Source: Acidimicrobiales bacterium
GTDB lineage: Bacteria; Actinomycetota; Acidimicrobiia; Acidimicrobiales; SZUA-35
Direction of reading: 5' to 3'
Assembly (NCBI GenBank): GCA_033851875.1
Contig: JAWSVN010000038.1
Location: forward strand, 2,914-66,913
DNA: 64,000 nucleotides
This document shows positions 8,650-18,257 of this stretch, in pieces (position 1 is the stretch's first letter; every line of letters begins with the position of its first letter). The notes under the pieces were generated by a model. That model did not search any database. It saw only the letters and a program-made list of their open reading frames with translations, and was not told the origin of the DNA. Position numbers and translations under genes: made by a program.

Positions 8650-9045
8650 CTAGGGACTGGATATCTCTACTCTCGAGTCCGTCGAGGTGCGACAAACCCC
8701 GCCCTCGGCGGACTCGGAAGTGACCACGGTGGCCTGGCCTGTCCCCAACACTTCGAGCCCTCTGCTTGTCTCGCGAAACAGCGCGAAGTCTGTCGCTTCG
8801 GTTGCCGGGTTCGGACCGCGAATCGATTGCTCATCAATCAGCTCGACGGCCGTTCCTCGTGCCAGCTCGACGCCACCGGCCGTTACAACTAGGACCTCCT
8901 GGGCGGAGATTTCGAGGTGTTCAGGAATGAGAAGGACAAAGGCGGCGTCCTCGCCTGTGCCCTTTCCGCATGTCTCCGAACACCCAACCAACGACAGAGC
9001 GGCAGTGATCGCAGCAACGACTGCTGCTCTCGACATCCCAGCCAT
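8650..9045 (-). CDS. Small lipoprotein, unknown function
   Basis: Track ORF 8650..9192 trimmed to ATG 9045. MAGMSRAAVVAAITAALSLVGC is a classic lipobox. The region is visibly less GC-rich than its flanks. Confidence 0.5.
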   Translation of the reverse strand: MAGMSRAAVVAAITAALSLVGCSETCGKGTGEDAAFVLLIPEHLEISAQEVLVVTAGGVELARGTAVELIDEQSIRGPNPATEATDFALFRETSRGLEVLGTGQATVVTSESAEGGVCRTSTDSRVEISSP

Positions 9046-9208
9046 CTCACTGTCATCGGCAGATTCTCTCGCTACTTGTGAGCTCTTCGGAGGTGGCGAG
9101 GCTCTGGTATCGGGAAAACTGCGGGCCCGGAGCGGACGTACCTGCGAATCTGAGGGCGTCTGAGCCGCGCGGATTGCACGCTCCTCGAACAAGAGAACGA
9201 GGCGCTCC

Positions 9209-9267
9209 GACAGCCGCCTGAGACGGTCGGCGCCCTGGTGATCCTCAGCCGACGTCGCGGCGCTCGA
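9209..9267. repeat. Right copy of 59-bp direct repeat (partner 8451-8509)
   Basis: It contains the real 3' end and stop (9245-9247) of the ABC-2 permease and a dead copy of the small-ORF end (DSRLRRSAPW*). Confidence 0.85.
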
Positions 9268-10852
9268 ACAGGGCGACGCCGGCGACCGTGCCGGCCAGAC
9301 CGATCGTGGTCAGCACCACGAGCGACAGCCACGGCTGGGCGTCGAAGGGCTGATGGGTCACGTGCGGCAGCGGCGACAGCTGCTGCACGACCATCGGCAA
9401 CCGCAACAGCTCGCCGAACAGGAACAGGATCGCCGACGCCCCGAAGGCGAACCACCCGGCCGACGCGGTGCGCCCCGACCAGCCGGTCAGTAGGACCGCC
9501 ACGCCGGTGACGGCGACGACGGCCGGCACCCGAGCCAGCGCACCCCACACCCCATCCGCGAGGCCGGTGAACTCGCCGGTGACGGCGGCGTCGGCCCCGT
9601 AGGTCCCGATCACGGCCGCCAGCAACAACATCGGCGCGGCGACCTGGGCGACCACGACGAAGGCCCCGAACCAGCGCCGCCGAGATGCGGCGGTGCCGAG
9701 GATCGCCTCCGCTCGCCCCTCGCGTTCCTCGGTGCGGATCCTCACGATCACCTGGAGCGCAGCCGCCATCGCCATCATCGCCAGCAGGGTCAGCGCCATC
9801 GAGGCGAAGCCCTCGCGGATCGAGTCCGACGACATCCCCATCGCGTCGAGCATGTCGGCCATCGTCTCGTTGTCCTCGACGAACTCGTCGAGCGACGACA
9901 GCATCGAGCCCCAGACCGCCCCGAAACCCGCAATCCCGATCGCCCACCACCACAGCGTCTGCCGCTGCAACCGCCACACCAGGCCGAGTGGCGAGACGAG
10001 CGAATCGGCGGCCCGAGGCGGCCCCGGCCGCTGGCCGATCAGTCCGGCGCCGACGTCACGCCGTCGGCTCAACGCTGCGGCCGCCACGACCCCGATCGGC
10101 ACGAGCACCGCCAAGACCGGCAGCGGCCAGATCCGGATGTCGCCATAGGGATTGAGGTGCTGGGCGAGACCGATCGGCGACAGCGTGACGAGCCAGTCAC
10201 CTCGCACATCGCCGGCGGCCCGGATCACATAGGCGAACGCGAGGAACGACATCGCCCCGCCGACCGCTCCCTTGCCGAACTCGAAGACCTGCACGATCAC
10301 GAGGGTCGCCGCGGCGAACACGAGCCCACTCAGAGCGAGACCCGACGAGAACAGCAGGGTGCGGGCCGGGTCGATCCCGTCGGCGACGAAGGTGGCGAAG
10401 ATGACCCCGCCGATCGCGGCGTTGGCGACCGCCGCTTCGGTCATGACCGCGGCGATCCGGGCCCAGGGCCCGACGGGCAGCGACCGGGTGAGTTCGACGC
10501 GGCCGGCTTCTTCCTCGGCTCGGGTGTGACGGATCACGAGCAGCAGGTTCATCAAGCCGACGATGGCGAACGTGAACGCGCTGAGTTCGAACGCGTAGCG
10601 ACCGCCGAAGGTGTCGAGCGCGTCGGCCGGCCCCGACATCGCCACCATGGCCGCGTTGGTCTCGACCAGCACCCCCTGCTCGGCCAGGATCACCTCGGGC
10701 GCCACACCCCGTGCGGCCGCCTCGGTCTCGGTGAGCGACCGCACCGAGGTCGGCGTGATCCCGACGAGGAGCCCGAGACCGAGGAGCCACATCGGCAGCT
10801 TGATCCGGTCGAGGCGGAACAGCAGCCGCAGGATCGTCAGGTAGCCGGTCAC
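9245..10852 (-). CDS. ABC-2 type exporter permease (multi-TM)
   Basis: 535 aa, about 12 hydrophobic segments. It lies 17 nt downstream of an ABC ATPase gene on the same strand. This architecture is typical of ABC-2/polyketide-exporter-like permeases. Confidence 0.8.
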   Translation of the reverse strand: MTGYLTILRLLFRLDRIKLPMWLLGLGLLVGITPTSVRSLTETEAAARGVAPEVILAEQGVLVETNAAMVAMSGPADALDTFGGRYAFELSAFTFAIVGLMNLLLVIRHTRAEEEAGRVELTRSLPVGPWARIAAVMTEAAVANAAIGGVIFATFVADGIDPARTLLFSSGLALSGLVFAAATLVIVQVFEFGKGAVGGAMSFLAFAYVIRAAGDVRGDWLVTLSPIGLAQHLNPYGDIRIWPLPVLAVLVPIGVVAAAALSRRRDVGAGLIGQRPGPPRAADSLVSPLGLVWRLQRQTLWWWAIGIAGFGAVWGSMLSSLDEFVEDNETMADMLDAMGMSSDSIREGFASMALTLLAMMAMAAALQVIVRIRTEEREGRAEAILGTAASRRRWFGAFVVVAQVAAPMLLLAAVIGTYGADAAVTGEFTGLADGVWGALARVPAVVAVTGVAVLLTGWSGRTASAGWFAFGASAILFLFGELLRLPMVVQQLSPLPHVTHQPFDAQPWLSLVVLTTIGLAGTVAGVALFERRDVG

Positions 10853-10868
10853 AACGCGCGCCCCGTCC

Positions 10869-11777
10869 TCACCGCAGGGTGCCGTTGCGGGTGGGCTCCA
10901 CCGAGTAGTGCCGCAGGAACAGTTCCTCGAGCGTCGGAGGCTGGCTGATCAGGGCTTCGATCCCGAGCCCGGCCAGGTCGGCCATCACCTCGGTCAGGTC
11001 GTCGTTGGCGACGGTGAACGACACGTGGCGGTCGTCGTGGCGAGCGACGTCCTCGATGCCGGGCCGCGCCAGGACCCCGTCGAGCGGCTGCACGGTGGTC
11101 ACCTCGACCGCCGTCCGGGTCAGATGCCGCAGCTCGGCGAGCGAGCCGGTCTCGACCGTGCGGCCCTCCCGGATGATGGTCACCCGATCACACAGGGCCT
11201 CGACCTCGGCCAGGATGTGGCTGGAGAGCAGGACGGTCCGGCCCTCGTCCTTCGCAGCACGGACCTCGTCCTGGAACACCGACTCCATCAGCGGGTCGAG
11301 GCCCGACGTCGGCTCGTCGAACACGAACAGCTCGGCCCGACTCGCCAGGGCGGCGACCAGGGCGACCTTCTGCTTGTTGCCCTTGGAGTAGGTGCGGGCC
11401 TTCTTGGTCGGGTCGAGCTCGAAGCGTTCGATCAGCTCGGCTCGACGGGTCTCGTCGAGGCCGGAACCGAGGCGGCCGAACAGGTCGATGACCTCTCCCC
11501 CGGTGAGACTGGGCCACAGGTTGGTGTCGCCCGGCACGTAGGCGAGGCGGCGGTGCAGGTCGACGGCGTCGCGCCACGGGTCGCCGCCGAGCAGGGAGAC
11601 CTCCCCGGCGTCGTGGCGGAGCAGTCCCATCAACACCCGGATCGTGGTCGACTTGCCCGACCCGTTCGGCCCGAGGAACCCCATCACCTCGCCCGACTCG
11701 ACGCTGAGGTCGAGTCCGTCGAGCGCTCGGGTGGCCCCGAACGCCTTGTGGAGTCCGATGGCCGAGATCGCCGTCAT
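10869..11777 (-). CDS. ABC transporter ATP-binding protein
   Basis: Walker [10 protein letters not shown], signature [11 protein letters not shown], Walker [14 protein letters not shown]-loop LLSSH. Confidence 0.92.
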   Translation of the reverse strand: MTAISAIGLHKAFGATRALDGLDLSVESGEVMGFLGPNGSGKSTTIRVLMGLLRHDAGEVSLLGGDPWRDAVDLHRRLAYVPGDTNLWPSLTGGEVIDLFGRLGSGLDETRRAELIERFELDPTKKARTYSKGNKQKVALVAALASRAELFVFDEPTSGLDPLMESVFQDEVRAAKDEGRTVLLSSHILAEVEALCDRVTIIREGRTVETGSLAELRHLTRTAVEVTTVQPLDGVLARPGIEDVARHDDRHVSFTVANDDLTEVMADLAGLGIEALISQPPTLEELFLRHYSVEPTRNGTLR

Positions 11778-11839
11778 GGCTGAAGCGTACCCAGCGGCCC
11801 TCCTCCGGGTCCGGGGATTAGGTCCCGATCAGGGCCCAG

Positions 11840-12310
11840 CTAGCTGCAGTTGGCCAGGTCGTGATCGAACACCGACGCCGAGAGGGTGACCGCAGCGTCG
11901 CCAGCACGGACCTCCACGAGGTCCGCGTCGAGGTCGTCGCCGCGCTCACGCATGTGGGTGTGACGGTCGAGGCGGACGAATCCGCTGGCCTCGAGGTCGG
12001 CCACGATGTCGAGGGCGACCGCCTCTGGCGTCACAGCAGCTCCAGTGCTCGCAGCGACCACCAGGTCGACGGTCGGGCACGGACCGCTCCTCGTCACCTG
12101 CAGGTCGGCGATCGCCGGCAACGAAGCCAGCTCGTCGCCGAGCTCGGACTGCGCCGAGCGAACCTGCCAGGTGGCGAACCCGGCCAGGGTGATGACGGCG
12201 ACGAAGGGCGCAACGATCAGCGCACCGATCACCCAGCGACCACGACCGCCTCCCTCGCCGCGAGGGCTTCCATCTGCCGTGTCGGGGGAATCGTCGAACG
12301 CAACCGCCAT
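11840..12310 (-). CDS. Membrane-anchored hypothetical protein
   Basis: Track ORF starts with TTG at 12346; ATG at 12310 is preferred. It has a single TM helix (WVIGALIVAPFVAVITLAGFATW) and no recognisable domain. Confidence 0.45.
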   Translation of the reverse strand: MAVAFDDSPDTADGSPRGEGGGRGRWVIGALIVAPFVAVITLAGFATWQVRSAQSELGDELASLPAIADLQVTRSGPCPTVDLVVAASTGAAVTPEAVALDIVADLEASGFVRLDRHTHMRERGDDLDADLVEVRAGDAAVTLSASVFDHDLANCS

Positions 12311-12390
12311 GAGCGGCAACGTAAGAGTCTGCCTGCCCTCTGTCAATGGGTGGCTTCGGACGGTCGATCAAGGCCCTTCGGGGCCAGCGA

Positions 12391-13389
12391 TCAGGGCCGT
12401 TCGGGGCGATCACCACCCGGGGCACCACCGCCGCCGGCACCGCCTGCAGCCTCGGTGGCGACCGAGTCCGGATCGATCATGATCACGCCGTAGCCGAGCA
12501 GGGTGCCGTCGCTGTTCTGTTCGAGGTCGAGCATGTAGGTGTCGTAGTCGCCCGACGGGAACACGGTGTCGGTGCCGCCGCTGAGCGGCGTGTCCTGCAC
12601 GCCTCGGTCGGCGTAGAGGTCGTGGGTGGTGCAGATGGCGGCGGTGAACTCGTCGGGGAAACACCACTGCGAGATCACCCGCGTGGTCCCGTCGGGATCC
12701 GACACGGCGAAGTGGATGTGGATGGTGCGGCCGGCGTACCACCCGGGGAAGCAGGTCTTGAAGTCGACCCGGCCGTTGGCGCCGGTGGTGAGCTGGCCCC
12801 GGAAGTAGGTGGCCGCTTCCGCCTCGGCGTCACCGGCAGTGCAGAAGTCGCCGGCGAACGAGCTCGCGTCGCCGCTCTCGCTCGTGTCACCCGAGTAGAC
12901 GCCGCGGGTGTCGCAGTGCCAGGCCTCGATGACGTAGCCCTCGAGGGGGTTGCACGACTGGTCGACGAGTTGGACGCAGAGCTGCATCGGCAGGCCGGTC
13001 TTGCCCTGCGAGATGTCCTCGCCCGTGTCCATCTGGAAGTAGCAGGGGCCCTCGGTCGTCGCCTCGGTGAGCGCCACCTCGCACGTCGTGGCCGACGAGA
13101 AGATCGAGTCGTCCGGGTAGGCCACGCTGATCAGATCGGTACCGCCCGAGGCCCAGGAGCCGGCGGCCGCGCTGGTGGCGTTCGCGCCGCCGGCAGCCGT
13201 GGACGTGGTCGCCCCGCCGGCCGTCGTCGAGGTCGTGGCGGTCGATGCCGACTCGCCGCAGCCGGCCAGGATCGTGGCGGCCGCCGGCGCGGCGACGAGG
13301 CCGCCGAGGACGTAGCGACGGGTGAGCCGGGGCGACGCTCCCAGCTGGGCAGGGCGGAGCGGGCGGGGACGAGCAACGTGACGGGGCAT
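12391..13389 (-). CDS. Intradiol ring-cleavage dioxygenase-like lipoprotein (Tat signal)
   Basis: Track ORF 12391..13680 trimmed to ATG 13389. Twin-arginine/lipobox signal LTRRYVLGGLVAAPAAATILAGC. The core GWYAGRTIHIHFAV matches the intradiol dioxygenase HIHF motif. Confidence 0.7.
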   Translation of the reverse strand: MPRHVARPRPLRPAQLGASPRLTRRYVLGGLVAAPAAATILAGCGESASTATTSTTAGGATTSTAAGGANATSAAAGSWASGGTDLISVAYPDDSIFSSATTCEVALTEATTEGPCYFQMDTGEDISQGKTGLPMQLCVQLVDQSCNPLEGYVIEAWHCDTRGVYSGDTSESGDASSFAGDFCTAGDAEAEAATYFRGQLTTGANGRVDFKTCFPGWYAGRTIHIHFAVSDPDGTTRVISQWCFPDEFTAAICTTHDLYADRGVQDTPLSGGTDTVFPSGDYDTYMLDLEQNSDGTLLGYGVIMIDPDSVATEAAGGAGGGGAPGGDRPERP

Positions 13390-13477
13390 ACCCCCAACCT
13401 GTCGGTCGCGTCTGCGAGCCGACCGAGCCCGAGCTGTGAGTTCGCCCAGAATTGGCCAGCCCGGCACGGTCGCCGCC

Positions 13478-14386
13478 TCAGTCGACGAAGTCGAACGGTG
13501 TCGACTGGTAGACCCGGTTGATCCAGTTCCCGAACAGCAGGAAGGCGTGGCTGCGCCAGCGGTTGAGCGGGGTCTGGGCGGGATCGTCGTCGGGGAAGTA
13601 GTTGTGGGGCACCTCGATCGGCGAGCCCGCATCGAGGTCGCGGAAGTACTCCCCGGCGAGCGACGTCGAGTCGTACTCAACGTGGTTGAACATGTAGAGC
13701 CGGTTGCCGTCGTCCTCGCTGACGAGGCACACCCCCGTCTCGGGCGACTCCATCAGCAGATCGAGGGCCGGCACCTGCTCGACGTCGTCGCGCCGCACCT
13801 CGGTCCAACGGCTGACCGACACGGCGAAGTCGTCGGAGAACCCGGCCAGGTAGGGCGAGGTCGGCTGCAGGTTGCGGTGCTGGAACACGCCGAACGCCTT
13901 GGCGTCGAGGGTGTACTTCGGCACGCCGTGGAAGTGCCAGATCGCTGCCATCGCTCCCCAGCAGATCGAGAACAGCGAGTGCACGTTCGTGCGGCTCCAC
14001 TCGAAGATCTCGGTGAGCTCGTCCCAGTAGGTGACGTCGGTGAACGGCAGCGTCTCGATCGGCGCTCCGGTGACGATGAAGCCGTCGAAGCGGCGGTGCT
14101 TCACCTCCTCCCACGTCTGGTAGAAGCTGATCAGATGGTCCTCGGCGGTGTTCTTCGCCGAGTGACTGCCGACCCGCACGAGGGTCAGCTCGATCTGCAG
14201 CGGCGTCGAACCGAGCAGCCGAGCGATCTGGGTCTCGGTGACGACCTTGTCGGGCATCAGGTTGAGAAGGCCGATCTGCAACGGACGGATGTCCTGGCGG
14301 GACGCAGTCGACGCGTCCATCACCATCACGCCCTCACGCTCGAGCACCTCGCGGGCCGGCAGGGCATCGGGAATCTTGATCGGCAT
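13478..14386 (-). CDS. metA: Homoserine O-acyltransferase (MetA family)
   Basis: Trimmed to ATG 14386. [20 protein letters not shown]..., [32 protein letters not shown] are MetA hallmarks, including the catalytic Cys context. Confidence 0.9.
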   Translation of the reverse strand: MPIKIPDALPAREVLEREGVMVMDASTASRQDIRPLQIGLLNLMPDKVVTETQIARLLGSTPLQIELTLVRVGSHSAKNTAEDHLISFYQTWEEVKHRRFDGFIVTGAPIETLPFTDVTYWDELTEIFEWSRTNVHSLFSICWGAMAAIWHFHGVPKYTLDAKAFGVFQHRNLQPTSPYLAGFSDDFAVSVSRWTEVRRDDVEQVPALDLLMESPETGVCLVSEDDGNRLYMFNHVEYDSTSLAGEYFRDLDAGSPIEVPHNYFPDDDPAQTPLNRWRSHAFLLFGNWINRVYQSTPFDFVD

Positions 14387-14406
14387 CCTGCCGAGGCTAG
14401 GCAGCG

Positions 14407-15180
14407 ATGCTGTCGAAGCCCTCCGAATTCGGGCCCTGCTCGGCCCCGGTCTCACCGCCCGACGCCACCGTTCGGCCGGTCGCCGGTACGGTCGCGACCG
14501 TGACCCCACAGACCGCCGCCCACGCCGCCGCCGAGGCGTTGCGGCTTCACCGACCCCTTCTCCGGGGGTGGCTCCACGTGGCGGCGTTCGTCGCATCGAT
14601 CCCGATCGGCATCGTGCTGGTGGCGATGGCCCACGGCGCCAACGACGTGACCGCAGCCGCCGTCTACGCCGGGTCGATGGCTCTCTCGTTCGGCACCTCG
14701 GCGTCGTACCACCGGCTCGCCCGCTCGCCTCGGGCCCACGCCATCATGCGCCGCCTCGACCACAGCGCGATCTACCTGCTGATCGCCGGCACCTACGTGC
14801 CCTTCTGCCTCGTCGCGCTCCCCCGCCGCTGGGGTGTGCCGCTCCTCGCCGCGGTGTGCGCCGCCGCAGTCGTCGGCATGGTCCTCAAGCTGGCGGCCTT
14901 CCACCGCATCCCGTGGCTCGGCTACACCCTCTACCCAGCGATGGGCTGGGCGGCGCTGGCCGCTACCCCCGCCCTGCTCGACCACCTCTCGAGCACAGAA
15001 CTGGCCCTGCTCGTCGCCGGCGGAGTGGCCTACACGGTCGGGTTCCCCGTGTTGCTGCTGAAGCGACCCGACCCGTGGCCCAACGTGTTCGGCTACCACG
15101 AGGTGTGGCACGCCTTCACGGTCGTCGCCGCCGGCCTCCACGTCGCCGCCGTCGCCAGCCTGCTCACCGCCCCGGCCTGA
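14407..15180 (+). CDS. Hemolysin III / PAQR-family membrane protein
   Basis: 7-TM protein with [24 protein letters not shown] and HEVWHAF motifs. The start is uncertain. In-frame GTG at 14500 is plausible and would leave a 113-bp divergent region with metA instead of 20 bp. Confidence 0.8.
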   Translation: MLSKPSEFGPCSAPVSPPDATVRPVAGTVATVTPQTAAHAAAEALRLHRPLLRGWLHVAAFVASIPIGIVLVAMAHGANDVTAAAVYAGSMALSFGTSASYHRLARSPRAHAIMRRLDHSAIYLLIAGTYVPFCLVALPRRWGVPLLAAVCAAAVVGMVLKLAAFHRIPWLGYTLYPAMGWAALAATPALLDHLSSTELALLVAGGVAYTVGFPVLLLKRPDPWPNVFGYHEVWHAFTVVAAGLHVAAVASLLTAPA

Positions 15181-15245
15181 GCGCGCCGATTGCAGCCTCG
15201 TGCCTGCGCTGAGGCACGATGTCCGCTCCATCGAGGGGAGCAACC

Positions 15246-16289
15246 ATGAAGGCACTCGTGTTCCACGGACCGCGAGACATCCGCTACGAGGACCACCCGG
15301 ACCCGTCGCTGACGATCGACAACGCCGTGATCGTCGCCGTCGAGGCATGCAGCATCTGCGGGTCCGACCTCCACCTCTACCACGGCGACCGGATCGGCCG
15401 GACCGACTACTCCGCCGGCGTCGACCCGTTCTGCGTCGGCCACGAGTTCATCGGCTCGATCGTCGAGACCGGCCCCGAGGTCCACCGCTTCGCCATCGGC
15501 GATCGGGTGATCGTGGCCGGCGGCACGGGTTGCGGCACCTGCGACATCTGCCGGTCCCGTGTCGGCACCTGCCCCAAGGCCAACGCCTTCGGACTGTCGA
15601 CCGACCTCCACGGCGGCCAGGCCGAGTATGTCCAGGTCCCCAACGCGGATCTGTCGATGACGAAGATCCCCGACGGGCTCGACGACGAACAGGCGCTCCT
15701 GCTGACCGACGCACTCGCCACCGCCCACTTCGGGATCACCCGTTGCGAGATCGGCCTGGGCGACATCGTCGCCGTCGTGGGGCTCGGACCGATCGGCCTG
15801 TGTGGCGTCGAGCTCGCCTTCCTCCAGGGGGCCTCCACCGTGTTCGCGATCGACCCCGTCCCAGGCCGCCGGGCCCATGCCGAGTCGCTCGGCGCGATCG
15901 CCCTCGATCCCGCCGACAGTCCCCTCGATGCGATCCGGGCCCACACCGCCGGGGCCATGACCCACCGGGTGTTCGAGGCCTCGGGCGCCGCCAGCGCTGT
16001 CGAACTCGTTCCCCGCATCCTCCGCCACGGCGGCACCGCTTCGTTCATCGGACTGCCCCAGGGCACCACGTTGCCGATGAACCAGCTGATGTACCGCAAC
16101 CTCACGGTGCGGGCGGGGATCGCGTCGATCACGCCGACCTGGCCCGAGCTCCTCCCCCTGCTCACCTCCGGCCGGTTGAAGGCCGCCGGCCTGTTCAGTC
16201 ACCACCTTCCACTCTCGGAAGGCGCCGAGGGCTACCGCATCTTCGACGCCCGCGAGGACGACGTGGTCAAGATCCTGTTCCGGGCCTGA
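15246..16289 (+). CDS. Zinc-dependent alcohol dehydrogenase (MDR superfamily)
   Basis: Trimmed to ATG 15246 (MKALVFHGP), with GAGGGGA upstream. Catalytic and structural Zn ligands (CGSDLH, GHEF, CGTCDICRS) and NAD-binding GLGPIG. Confidence 0.85.
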   Translation: MKALVFHGPRDIRYEDHPDPSLTIDNAVIVAVEACSICGSDLHLYHGDRIGRTDYSAGVDPFCVGHEFIGSIVETGPEVHRFAIGDRVIVAGGTGCGTCDICRSRVGTCPKANAFGLSTDLHGGQAEYVQVPNADLSMTKIPDGLDDEQALLLTDALATAHFGITRCEIGLGDIVAVVGLGPIGLCGVELAFLQGASTVFAIDPVPGRRAHAESLGAIALDPADSPLDAIRAHTAGAMTHRVFEASGAASAVELVPRILRHGGTASFIGLPQGTTLPMNQLMYRNLTVRAGIASITPTWPELLPLLTSGRLKAAGLFSHHLPLSEGAEGYRIFDAREDDVVKILFRA

Positions 16290-16377
16290 CGGCCAGGCGC
16301 CGATGGGCCTGCGGGCCCACCGGCGGCGGGCAGGTCGTCGGATGACCGGCCCTCGATGCCAGGCGTAGCGTGCGGGC

Positions 16378-17154
16378 GTGGTGGGTGTGAAGCGAGCGAT
16401 TCAGGGGGCTGCGGCGTTGACGGGTCTGGCCTTCGTGCTGGCCTCGAGCCAGGTCGCGCCGGCCGACGCCGACCCTGCGGCCGCATCGGTATCGAGCACC
16501 CTCGAAACGAACACGACCGCCCCGACGACGGCAACATCGATGGCCACTCCGTCCACCACGACACCGAGTTCGGCTGCGACGCCGACGGCGCCCTCGACCA
16601 GTTCGTCGACGGCACCCCGGCGAGTCCTGACCGACGACGAGCGATTCGTCGACGCCCTCGCCGTGGTCTTCCTCGGGCGACCGGCCGGCGACGACGAGCT
16701 CGCGGGCGCTACGGAGGGCCTCGACGACGGCCAGCGTGCCCTTCTCGCACGGGTCGCGGCCGAGGACAGCAGCTGGGCTCTCGAGCGGGCCCTCCGGCAC
16801 TACGGATCAGCTGCGGCGTTCGACGCTGCCGGCAGTCCGGCCGCCTTCGTCGATCAGCTCTACCAGCACGTCTTCGACCGGGCCGGCGACGAGGCCGGGA
16901 TCGAGTTCTGGACCGCTCGCCTGGCCGACGGCGTGCCGGCCGATCAGGTGGCCGCCGCGTTCGCCGCCGGCGAGGAAGCCCGCATCGCTCGAGTCCATGC
17001 CGTCTTCGCCGACGTTCTCGGCCGAGCGCCCGACGCTGCTGGCGAAGCGTTCTGGACCGAGCAACTCGTCGAGATCGACGAGCTGGAGATGGCGATCCAA
17101 CTGGCGGCAGGCGACGAGTTCTACGATCGGGCGGCGAACGGGGGGAACCAATGA
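16378..17154 (+). CDS. Secreted DUF4214-domain protein with Thr/Ser/Pro-rich linker
   Basis: GTG start. Signal peptide AAALTGLAFVLASSQVAPADA. Two repeats of the DUF4214-like pattern (FVDALAVVFLGRPAGDDEL ...; FVDQLYQHVFDRAGDEAGIEFW; VFADVLGRAPDAAGEAFW). Confidence 0.65.
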   Translation: MVGVKRAIQGAAALTGLAFVLASSQVAPADADPAAASVSSTLETNTTAPTTATSMATPSTTTPSSAATPTAPSTSSSTAPRRVLTDDERFVDALAVVFLGRPAGDDELAGATEGLDDGQRALLARVAAEDSSWALERALRHYGSAAAFDAAGSPAAFVDQLYQHVFDRAGDEAGIEFWTARLADGVPADQVAAAFAAGEEARIARVHAVFADVLGRAPDAAGEAFWTEQLVEIDELEMAIQLAAGDEFYDRAANGGNQ

Positions 17155-17173
17155 AGCACACGGGATCCGACCG

Positions 17174-18196
17174 ATGCGGGTGACACAGCTCGACATCGCC
17201 CGCGACGACGGGACGACACTCCACGTGAGGTTCGGGCCGGGCCTGAACGTCGTCGACCGCACCGCCGACGACCTCGCCCTGATCGCCGACGCCCTGCGCA
17301 CGCTGTTCGGCGGGTCGGTCGAGTTCGGCCGAGCGTTCATCAGCGTCGAGGACATCGAGATCGAGGTGACCGACGAGATGGCCCACCTCCTCCCCGAGTC
17401 GATCGCGGCGCCGATCATCGACCTGGCGACGGTGCGCCCCGACCGGGGGCCCAACGTCATCGCCATTCGCGCCGCCCTCGAGCTGCTCGAAGAGGTGAGC
17501 TCGGTGCTCTCCACCGTCGACGTCGACGCCGCCCTGGCCGCCACCCGGGACGAGCACGACATGGCCGAGAACCACGCGGCGCTCACCCTGACCGCCGCCA
17601 CCGACGCCCTCGACAGCGCGCGTGCGCGCCAACAGGCGGTCTACGACGCCACCGCGCCGGTCCTGGCCGCCCGACGCGGGTGGCGGCACCAGAAGCGCCT
17701 GGCCGAGGCGAGCGCAGCTCGCGACCACGTCGACGAGTGCGTGGACCTGGCATCAGCTGCTGTCGCGCAGGCCCGCCGAGAGGCCGACGACGTGCGACTC
17801 CGCACCGGCGGCAACGAACAACTCCGCGCCCTGGTCGCCCGCGAATACTGCCTTGCGCTGCGTCGCGGAGTCGGCGACGGCACGCTGACGCTCACCGACC
17901 CCGACCGTCGAGCGCTCCGCACGGCGCTGACCGTGCTTCGTCCGATCGACGACCGGCGCCTGTTCAACGACCCCGTGCTCGACGCGGCGGCCTGGCTCGA
18001 ACACCATGAGAACCGTCGGCTCGACCAGGCCGTCCTCGCCTCTGCGGCGCGCCACTGTCAGCCCCACCCAGTGCTCGGAGTCGTGCCGCTGGTGGTTGCT
18101 CCGTCCGAGGCCCACCGAGTGGAGGGACTCCGGGAGACAGTCGGCGCGCTCACCTCGGAACTCCAGATCATTCACCTCGGCGAACTCGCAGCCTGA
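17174..18196 (+). CDS. SMC/RecF-like head plus coiled-coil protein lacking Walker A and B (probable pseudo-ATPase)
   Basis: In-frame ATG at 17174 in track ORF 16736..18196. MRVTQLDIARDDGTTLHVRFGPGLNVV mimics the SMC/RecF N-terminus, but GxxGxGKS is replaced by DRTADDL. It has an Ala/Arg-rich helical middle. The C-terminus PLVVAPSE...QIIHLG sits where Walker B and the H-loop would be. Confidence 0.5.
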   Translation: MRVTQLDIARDDGTTLHVRFGPGLNVVDRTADDLALIADALRTLFGGSVEFGRAFISVEDIEIEVTDEMAHLLPESIAAPIIDLATVRPDRGPNVIAIRAALELLEEVSSVLSTVDVDAALAATRDEHDMAENHAALTLTAATDALDSARARQQAVYDATAPVLAARRGWRHQKRLAEASAARDHVDECVDLASAAVAQARREADDVRLRTGGNEQLRALVAREYCLALRRGVGDGTLTLTDPDRRALRTALTVLRPIDDRRLFNDPVLDAAAWLEHHENRRLDQAVLASAARHCQPHPVLGVVPLVVAPSEAHRVEGLRETVGALTSELQIIHLGELAA

Positions 18197-18257
18197 CCCT
18201 CCAACGGTTCGCAGAACCCCGGCGAGCGCGACGATCGAGCGTGGCACACTGGCCCCC

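Noticed and set aside
14387-14499. SAM riboswitch (for example SAM-IV) in the metA leader.
   Set aside because: The leader (at most ~113 nt if the hemolysin-III gene starts at GTG 14500, only 20 nt with the track start) shows a small hairpin (CTGCC-tagcctc-GGCAG) next to the start. It does not show the conserved SAM-IV/SAM-I core sequences I can recall. A covariance-model scan (Rfam) would be needed.
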